From a virus, in the IMG/VR virus record IMGVR_UViG_3300009034_000011: a DNA stretch of 64,000 bases; one strand, written 5' to 3'. A program made the translations under genes and the position numbers. The notes beneath the pieces were generated by a model. That model did no database searches. It had not been told where the DNA came from and worked only from the letters and a program-made list of their open reading frames with translations. This document shows positions 57,055 through 64,000 of this stretch, piece by piece; the stretch's first letter is position 1, and every line of letters begins with the position of its first letter.

Positions 57055-57252
57055 ATCCAGATCCTTAATTGAAGACTCCGGCCAGCTTTAGAAAAAGAAG
57101 CACCCCGGTAAGAAGTAGAACTAAACTGGCTGTGAACAGAAAGGGAAAAAGATTAAATCCTGGCTCCTCTCCTGCAAATCTTATCCTTTTCCTTTTCCCC
57201 TTCATAAAAATAGCCCCTCTCATAGATATTATATGCGGGGGCCGGAAAGAAA

Positions 57253-58188
57253 TCACGCAAAAAACGCCTGTTTTAGATCCCTTAATAGTTTTTTATTCTC
57301 ACCGCCTACAAAGATCCGCTCTCTAGCCTCAAGACATCGATCCCAAGTCGCTTTCGTAACGTCCCAAGGATCTGTCCCTTCAGGGAGACTAACCCTAGAG
57401 ACTTCCATCCATGTGAGCGCACCTAATACCGCACTATCAGCTCCTATCCTCCCAGCTTCATCGGCATCATAGGCGATTAAAATCTCGGGTGGGGATTTAG
57501 ACATCAGGAGCATAACTTGATCGGAAGTTAACTGGGCACCAAAGCTCGATACAACATTGGCGTACCCAAAGTTCAAAACTGCTATAGCATCCTTAATGCC
57601 CTCAACTACTATGGTAGGATATCCAGCTACAATATTATCAAGATTCCATAAATAGGAATGGATTTTCACATCTGGAGGGAGAGCAAGCGTCTTAGGCATA
57701 AGCCTCCCAGTGAAATCTCTTGCTTCATAAGCTACCAATCTTCCACGAACAATAACTGGGATAATATGGCGTCCTGCAAGTTTGCCTTCAGAAACATATG
57801 AAATTCCTAACGATGCTAGAAGAGGATCTTGGGACTCTGTTGCTTCAGGAAGCACTACCTCTTCAGTAAAACTTAGTAGTTTCTTGATTCTAGTCAAAGA
57901 AGGCGATGCCCTAATGGGCGTTCTTTTAGGAACTTCATCAAGAGTATACCATCTAATAAGATCTCGCCACGAACGTACTTCATCAACTAGAAGGGAAACT
58001 AGTGTGTAGGGGTTTCCACCTTGTCGACAGCTAAAGCAGTAGAAACTATTACTATCCCGATAAACATTAAAGGAGGGTCTAGTCTCGGCATGAAAAGGAC
58101 AAGAACCTACAAGCCGATACCCTTCACCCTTCAGATCAATACCTAACTTAATACAAACACTTTCCATATCAATAAAGAGAGATCGCAT
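57253..58188 (-). CDS. DnaG-type primase (CHC2 zinc finger plus TOPRIM)
   Basis: CPFHAETRPSFNV zinc-finger motif. TOPRIM acidic residues (EGIKDAIA, DADEAG). Confidence 0.65.
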   Translation of the reverse strand: MRSLFIDMESVCIKLGIDLKGEGYRLVGSCPFHAETRPSFNVYRDSNSFYCFSCRQGGNPYTLVSLLVDEVRSWRDLIRWYTLDEVPKRTPIRASPSLTRIKKLLSFTEEVVLPEATESQDPLLASLGISYVSEGKLAGRHIIPVIVRGRLVAYEARDFTGRLMPKTLALPPDVKIHSYLWNLDNIVAGYPTIVVEGIKDAIAVLNFGYANVVSSFGAQLTSDQVMLLMSKSPPEILIAYDADEAGRIGADSAVLGALTWMEVSRVSLPEGTDPWDVTKATWDRCLEARERIFVGGENKKLLRDLKQAFFA

Positions 58189-58195
58189 AGAAACT

Positions 58196-58564
58196 TTATT
58201 CCTCCGTACCCTCTATCTTTTTGCGCGCCTCGTATCTTGCTAACCAATAACTAGACGCCAATACCGCAGGTAACTCTTCCTTAGAAAGTAAAGGAACAAG
58301 GTGAAAAACGGCATGAGCTGACTCTAGTTCCAGTTTTTCACAGATAGCAAATACCTCAAGGGGCTTGAGCGTATGAAAGTATTCCCAACCCAGTGGCGTA
58401 AGTTCAGGAGAAGCTGTATCGCGAAACGCAGGATTTGGTCTTATCAACCCTTTATTTGCTAGGGCGCCACCAAGGCAAGTCTTTACCAACCTTGGTATAC
58501 CTCTTCCACCATAAGCCCACACCTTAACCAAATACTCTAGCTCTTCAGGGATTAACTCTTCCAA
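58196..58564 (-). CDS. HEAT-like motif protein (paralog family)
   Basis: EELPAVLASSYWLARYEARKKIE. Confidence 0.4.
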   Translation of the reverse strand: MEELIPEELEYLVKVWAYGGRGIPRLVKTCLGGALANKGLIRPNPAFRDTASPELTPLGWEYFHTLKPLEVFAICEKLELESAHAVFHLVPLLSKEELPAVLASSYWLARYEARKKIEGTEE

Positions 58565-58820
58565 TATTGATAATCCTCATATCCGGCTCTATTCCAAACA
58601 GCTCCATTAACCTAGCAACTATTTGATCATAAGACTCAGGATGGGTATATAGAAGGTCTGACCTGCATTTAAACTGCTCGGCGAGCTCAGTAATACGCGT
58701 GATCTTTGCCAATGTGGGCGGGTTAACAAACCAGACCTCATCTTTTGGAACCCAAGATGCTGATCGAACTTCAAGCCCATAAAACTCATCAAACTTAAAC
58801 ACCACTTCGTCATCCATACT

Positions 58821-60152
58821 TTAAACTCCTACAGCATTTACCATAGCTAACGCCAAGTTCGTTTTTAACTCGATCGGTTTATTATATGCACCATCTCTAT
58901 ACTTAGAAATTGATAAAATCATTCTACCCGTTAGAGCACTCTCGTCCGAGCGGGCGATCCCAACAACCAAATCGGAAACATGTGCCTTTCCCATTGCGTA
59001 TCCAACATCTTCCATACTCAAATAAGAAGACTTATAAGCTTCTCTTTTAGCCTGAGTTGCTGTCCAGATAGGAATGTTATAAGCCCCTGCCATCCCTTTC
59101 AACTCACGAAATATGGCTGTAAGTTCTCCTTGCTCTGAATAGAGTTGCCGAGGTGGTGCCATCAAGTCAGCGTAATCAATTATTAGTAGCTGTGGCGGCG
59201 TTCCCTGCTGAATGAGCTTCTCTAATTCAACCCTTACTGCTCCAAGAGTACAGCCCATTGGGATATGAGATATAAATATATCACCACCCTTTGCTGAATA
59301 CCTTTCCTCCATTATCTTAATACGCTTCTCCCATTGGCTCATCTCTGCAGGAGTTAGTGTCCCTAACTTAAAATGTTCATAGGCAACGTGGGAAATTCTA
59401 GAGTCAAAACGTCGCTCCCACTGCCAGAGAGGCATCTCAATCGGTATTACCAATACTGTATAACCTGAGCGATATGCCTGAAAAGCGAACTCCAAAAGAA
59501 GAAAACTCTTCCCTACACCGCTTTTCCCAAAGACGAATCCTAATTCGCCCTTCCACAATCCACCTGTAAGCCTATCAAGCTCATCTATTCCAGTAAGAAT
59601 CCCACGATACTTTTCAGGGTGAACTTGCATATCCAGCATCATTGCCTTACGTTTCTCGTAATCCTGGATCACCTCCCCCCGAGTTACCATTGTTGTTAAG
59701 TCAGATGCTTGCAACGTTAGTGCGTCATTTTGATATTGCTGGAGAGCGGTTTCAATATCTCCCTCATCAAGGCTCCTCAAAAACTGTTCCGCACTTGACA
59801 ACGTATCCCGCACCCGAGATAGGGTAACAAGCTTTCTAACCAAAAAGGGCATGGTCATATCAACAGAGAGGGAAGTAAGCTGATCATAAATACCTAAGAG
59901 CCCCTCTATAACTTCTTGGGCTCTCGGAAAGCGCCCCACAAGCTCTACACGTAAAGCCTCCCTAGTAGGAGCTACACCGGAATCGAGTACAAGCCGTTTG
60001 ATATAAATAAACAAGCGACGTAAATTGTCATCTGTAAAGTGTTTTGGTAGGAGTGTAGATAAATGTGTAACGGCCTCATCTTGACTCTGTAATAAGGCCG
60101 CTAGCGTATTCTTTTCAAGGATAGAATCGCTATACTCAGTCCGTTGCGCCAC
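58821..60152 (-). CDS. DnaB-family replicative helicase
   Basis: FGKSGVGKSFLLL Walker A, RecA-like C-terminal domain, 443 aa. Confidence 0.65.
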   Translation of the reverse strand: MAQRTEYSDSILEKNTLAALLQSQDEAVTHLSTLLPKHFTDDNLRRLFIYIKRLVLDSGVAPTREALRVELVGRFPRAQEVIEGLLGIYDQLTSLSVDMTMPFLVRKLVTLSRVRDTLSSAEQFLRSLDEGDIETALQQYQNDALTLQASDLTTMVTRGEVIQDYEKRKAMMLDMQVHPEKYRGILTGIDELDRLTGGLWKGELGFVFGKSGVGKSFLLLEFAFQAYRSGYTVLVIPIEMPLWQWERRFDSRISHVAYEHFKLGTLTPAEMSQWEKRIKIMEERYSAKGGDIFISHIPMGCTLGAVRVELEKLIQQGTPPQLLIIDYADLMAPPRQLYSEQGELTAIFRELKGMAGAYNIPIWTATQAKREAYKSSYLSMEDVGYAMGKAHVSDLVVGIARSDESALTGRMILSISKYRDGAYNKPIELKTNLALAMVNAVGV

Positions 60153-60867
60153 TTAATTGCCCCCATTTATCCTTAAACAAGGTATCAGTAGTTCCGAGAT
60201 CTTCCACAATCAACGGTTTGTTTACACTAGAGAATGGGAGAACTAACCTACCCAAAAAGGAATTAGGTAGTATGTCATTCAGAGACTCTAAACTTGAGTT
60301 CACTGCAAGTATAACAGGTCTTCCACGGCTGATGCGCATTTGAAGAGATGCTAAAAGATCCTGACGGAGTGTAGGACTAAGTTCATCGTTATCAGGTATT
60401 TCAACTAGGAGGAAAAAGTCAACTTCAAGCCGCTCCCTAAGTTCCTGCTTAAGAATCGGGCTGTCTCGGAGCCCTCTTAACCAAAATACCAATTCATCGT
60501 AAGCAACTACAAAACACTTAAAACCCGCATCTACTAACTGTCTAGTGGTTACATAAAGTGGTTGCAGTTTATGTACAGGGCGAGCACTTATAATAGATAA
60601 CCCTAAGCCGCGATCTCTCATCTGAGCGGCGGTACGAACATAGTTTTTAAGCTCTGTAACAGCACTTCTCGAGATTCTTGTTTTCAAACGGGAACCCCAA
60701 TACTCCTCGGGAATCCTCGCATAGATATACTCTAGCATTCGATTCAACTCAGCATCGAATGTATCAGAATCTAGGTCCCTGGCCAATAGCTGGTCTCTTA
60801 ACCTATTTCCCCGGTCCAGGTACTCGTACCCTATCGCACCGTGTTCCTCGGTATATGTGTAACTCAT
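60136..60867 (-). CDS. hypothetical protein (possible helicase-loader/replication accessory by position)
   Basis: 243-aa ORF immediately upstream of the DnaB-like gene. No Walker motif seen. Confidence 0.35.
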   Translation of the reverse strand: MSYTYTEEHGAIGYEYLDRGNRLRDQLLARDLDSDTFDAELNRMLEYIYARIPEEYWGSRLKTRISRSAVTELKNYVRTAAQMRDRGLGLSIISARPVHKLQPLYVTTRQLVDAGFKCFVVAYDELVFWLRGLRDSPILKQELRERLEVDFFLLVEIPDNDELSPTLRQDLLASLQMRISRGRPVILAVNSSLESLNDILPNSFLGRLVLPFSSVNKPLIVEDLGTTDTLFKDKWGQLSGATD

Positions 60868-62153
60868 AAGTCCATATCCAACACACGCAGGTCAACTTCA
60901 TCAGCTGAAAAATCCCTTATGGTGTCTTTCCAGTCGCCCATCCCTTTGGAATAAAAAGTAGTTTCCAAATACTTAGCCGCATAGACTATCCAATAAACAG
61001 CCAGGGGGGTAAACCTCCCATTCTTTGTTACAACATAGCTCCCAAAGGTAGGTACATCCTTCTCATCTATCGCCCTCGAAACTAAACCCACGAGCTGGGG
61101 CTCAGAACCATTCTTAGACACAATAGCCTGCATTGGCTCGAAAATTGCCTCTGCTACCTGCCAATTATAGTCTTCAAACTCAGTACTTGAATCACTTTTA
61201 GGCACACTACGTAACCGATCTAATATTCTCCCTAAATAGGTACTCCGTACACGACCTATGCTAGTCTTGCGTCGTGACGCTTGTGTTCCCGACTGGACGC
61301 GAAACTGATTGACAAACCTATCAGAAGTCAGAAAAGTTAGAGGAGGGGCAGCATCAAAAGCTCTCCAACGAATAGAAGCAGCATACCTGAAGAATTGGCT
61401 CGGGGACACTTGCAAATCTTCCAGCGCTATCTTTAACTTTAGCGCAGCTCGCATCTCACCTAAACCCCGCGGAGTGATAACGCTAAAGACGTTATCGTAT
61501 GAATCAAAAATGTCGTCCGAACCCGTAAAGCTATCCTTATTCTGCAGATAACTCTCAAACGAACTCAAGAAACTATTGCTACCCAGGAGCCTTAGATTTG
61601 GTGCGTCTTGCGCTATGGAGCTCCAGTCGTGTTGGAAAACGAACCAGACGAACTCATCCATAGTCGCTCCAAACCTATCAACAACTGCTAAAATCCTCCG
61701 ATAACTACCTTTATTAACGGTGCCGTTAGTAGAGTAGGTCATTCTCGAGGGTTTATAGCCAAGGGTATCCTTCGCGGCTATCAATAGAGCCTCCCTAAGT
61801 TGCTCATATCTACCATCTCTTCTGGTAGCTCCTTTTGAACGTTCAGCTGAGGTGGCAAGCTTCGCCACAAAGGTACTGGTTTCCTTGTGGGATGCAACTG
61901 GGCGCTTTGCGAGCGAAAACCACCCTCTGTTACGTACTACATACCCCAACTCCAAGAGGTGCTCCAATGCAGACTTAACTAACTCTTCTCCACCCAGCTT
62001 CTCGAAGTCGGCAACATTAAAAGCCTTCCTACCCGTTTGAAATAAAAAGGCCTTACACCTAGCATAAACTCCTAATTCCATAGGCGTCAGCTCTGAGGAA
62101 AGGGCAACTTTTACCGACAGATTTATAGAACCACGCATAACATTTTTCCCCAA
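60864..62153 (-). CDS. hypothetical protein (possible replication initiation protein by position)
   Basis: 429-aa ORF. Confidence 0.35.
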   Translation of the reverse strand: MGKNVMRGSINLSVKVALSSELTPMELGVYARCKAFLFQTGRKAFNVADFEKLGGEELVKSALEHLLELGYVVRNRGWFSLAKRPVASHKETSTFVAKLATSAERSKGATRRDGRYEQLREALLIAAKDTLGYKPSRMTYSTNGTVNKGSYRRILAVVDRFGATMDEFVWFVFQHDWSSIAQDAPNLRLLGSNSFLSSFESYLQNKDSFTGSDDIFDSYDNVFSVITPRGLGEMRAALKLKIALEDLQVSPSQFFRYAASIRWRAFDAAPPLTFLTSDRFVNQFRVQSGTQASRRKTSIGRVRSTYLGRILDRLRSVPKSDSSTEFEDYNWQVAEAIFEPMQAIVSKNGSEPQLVGLVSRAIDEKDVPTFGSYVVTKNGRFTPLAVYWIVYAAKYLETTFYSKGMGDWKDTIRDFSADEVDLRVLDMDL

Positions 62154-62223
62154 GTATGATATTAACTATAGGTAAGGGTATAGGAATAAACTAGAAGTGT
62201 GTGAGATGTCTCTTTTACAGATC

Positions 62224-63114
62224 TCACAGTTTGGAGAGGGCTTCAACATTCACCCAATCCTCGATAAGACCATCCATGTAAAGCATGAACAGGTGTTTCC
62301 GTAGCCTTGATAAGTCTGGTTTCTCTACCATTATAACAGGAGACACTGGTTCAAATGCAACCAACTTAGCACTCAACTCCACTGCATCCCAATTATCCTG
62401 AACCAGTTTAACAACACGATCCCCATCTCCACTTTCACGTACACCAGCGGCAGATCCGTATCTCCGTATCAAATCCGCCGCCCGCTTTGGACCAATACCT
62501 CTAACCCCGGGAACTTTATCACCACTACACCCCATTAACGCCTGCATTTCTTGATACTGCTCGGGCAGCAAATCCGGAAACTCCTGCTGAAAAGTCTCAG
62601 CTGTATATAGAATCTCTTTATGTTGCTTCCACATTGCAACATCACCAGCCAACAGCGGGTATAGGTCGTGATCGCCCGAAAAAATCAAAATCGGGCGTTT
62701 AATCTGATGCTGTACACCATCCGACCTTAATATACGCTGTACGAAACATAAATGTGCAATAACGTCGTCAGCTTCAAATCCTTCCTCATAACAACACTTT
62801 ATACCTAACCATAAGAGAAAATTATCAAGTAACTTAAACTGCGCCACAAAGTCAGCTCTCTGAGCGGGAGACATAACATCGTCTTTTTTCTTGTATCCAG
62901 GATACAATTCGGACTTCTTTTCATAGCCATGATCCCAAACAATAATCAAATCCTCCATCGAGAACTTCTTGACCAGGGAAATTAGACTAGTAAGAAACCC
63001 GTAAACCATATGTGTACTAGCTTGTCCCGCAGACAACTCTGGGAGAGCGAAAAACACCCGGTATGCTAGGTATGAAGCGTCTATCAACATGGTACCAAAC
63101 TTTTGATCTACCAC
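62224..63114 (-). CDS. 5'-3' exonuclease / flap endonuclease (T4 RNase H / Pol I 5' nuclease family)
   Basis: Acidic cluster FEADDVIA and H3TH GIGPKRAADLI motif. Confidence 0.6.
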   Translation of the reverse strand: MVDQKFGTMLIDASYLAYRVFFALPELSAGQASTHMVYGFLTSLISLVKKFSMEDLIIVWDHGYEKKSELYPGYKKKDDVMSPAQRADFVAQFKLLDNFLLWLGIKCCYEEGFEADDVIAHLCFVQRILRSDGVQHQIKRPILIFSGDHDLYPLLAGDVAMWKQHKEILYTAETFQQEFPDLLPEQYQEMQALMGCSGDKVPGVRGIGPKRAADLIRRYGSAAGVRESGDGDRVVKLVQDNWDAVELSAKLVAFEPVSPVIMVEKPDLSRLRKHLFMLYMDGLIEDWVNVEALSKL

Positions 63115-63405
63115 CTAATCTCCTCACCTGCTTCATGTGATATAATGTTAGCTAAGAATCCTATAACCATAGACCTAAGCTCTTCACCAGCTTCTGGTAC
63201 ACCCGACTCACAATCTATATAACAAACTTCTTCTTCCGCGAAATCCGGAAGTCGGAATGTAACTCGAATACGTTTAATCATTATATTAGGATATGCAAGA
63301 ATATAAGCATGTGGTACCGCTTTCATTATGAAGCCAAAACCTTTATCTTGATGCTTACCCAAAACGAGGGCATCCGTAGGAAGACTTTCAAAATTGAAAG
63401 CTTTT

Positions 63406-63765
63406 CTAATCGCGAGAACCATTTCCTCCCGCAAGATCTGTAACTTCTTCAGCTTGGAATCTAATGACGTTGAACGCTCCATCTACTCCTGCTCCTTCTA
63501 ACGCTGTTGCAAGCGACAGCAAAGCGATGTCAAGATGCTGCCAGGGCTCCAAATTACTCTGGCGAAGAACAAGATTTAGTAACCGGCAAAAAGCGTTTAA
63601 GCGGTTATGAATAGCTTCTGCCACTTTAGAGTTCAGATGTTGAGCCTCATCGACTGGCGTCTCACCGTCAATAGGTACCACGTCATGAAAGATCCCCCAC
63701 AACTCAAACTCTTCGTCCTTGGGGGGTCCCTCCGATGTAAGTACAGCTGCATTTTTATAATCCAC
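63406..63765 (-). CDS. hypothetical protein
   Basis: 119-aa ORF. Confidence 0.35.
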   Translation of the reverse strand: MDYKNAAVLTSEGPPKDEEFELWGIFHDVVPIDGETPVDEAQHLNSKVAEAIHNRLNAFCRLLNLVLRQSNLEPWQHLDIALLSLATALEGAGVDGAFNVIRFQAEEVTDLAGGNGSRD

Positions 63766-64000
63766 TCTAAGTCCCCCTTAGCTGAGACCCTTATATTATT
63801 TTATGGAAGCTTCCCATTTTTCTCGGACCAATTTTACTCAGAGAAAAACGCCTCCAAATCTGAAGATATATCAGACAGGGGCGTTTCGAAATGACGGGAC
63901 TCTATCCCTGCAGAAATGGACAGGTGGAGCGTTAACTCGGGTTCCCGGGCGACATCCACTATAACTATAGTATCAATGTTATTATGGGAATCCAAAACAG

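Overview
This window reads as one arm of a large tailed bacteriophage genome, probably a jumbo phage. Nearly every gene is on the minus strand. Genes are short and tightly packed, and GGAGG-type Shine-Dalgarno sequences precede them.

The tRNAs have bacterial identity features: C1-G72 in Pro, U1-A72 in Gln, G-1 in His, and G3:U70 in Ala. I traced about 31 tRNA genes by hand. They are interleaved with tRNA fragments, a 96-nt tmRNA tRNA-like-domain mimic, and two other GC-rich structured RNAs.

The most striking locus lies at 21.1-29.15 kb. A flotillin (SPFH) plus NfeD gene pair and an Rsr/Ro60 (TROVE + vWA) gene are followed, in the upstream direction on the minus strand, by 13 units. Each unit starts with the conserved Ro60-binding Y-RNA helix motif UGG(G/A)CCG-N8-11-G(G/A)GGUUA(U/C)C. 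About half the units carry embedded tRNA-like modules, most circularly permuted (T-arm, loop-closed acceptor, D-arm) and one in normal order.

The rest of the window is replication, recombination and nucleotide metabolism:
- UDG-fused family-A DNA polymerase, DnaB helicase, DnaG primase, FEN, RecA/UvsX-like recombinase
- Mre11 with a Rad50 split at the zinc hook, a gp32-like SSB, a DHH phosphoesterase
- class II-like RNR, dUTPase, dTMP kinase
- a complete 7-deazaguanine DNA-modification gene set (FolE, QueD, QueE, Gat-QueC, candidate DpdA)
- two GHMP kinases, a GT9-like transferase and RpiB
- IF-1, a sigma factor, a NusG-like factor and two RHH regulators
- a family of at least nine small paralogous proteins sharing a C-terminal HEAT-like LPEyL...VRxxAxxRL motif, several of which abut or overlap tRNA genes

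All calls come from manual reading of the sequence and motifs. tRNA boundaries, anticodons and Y-RNA unit ends are approximate and need tRNAscan, Infernal and HMM confirmation.
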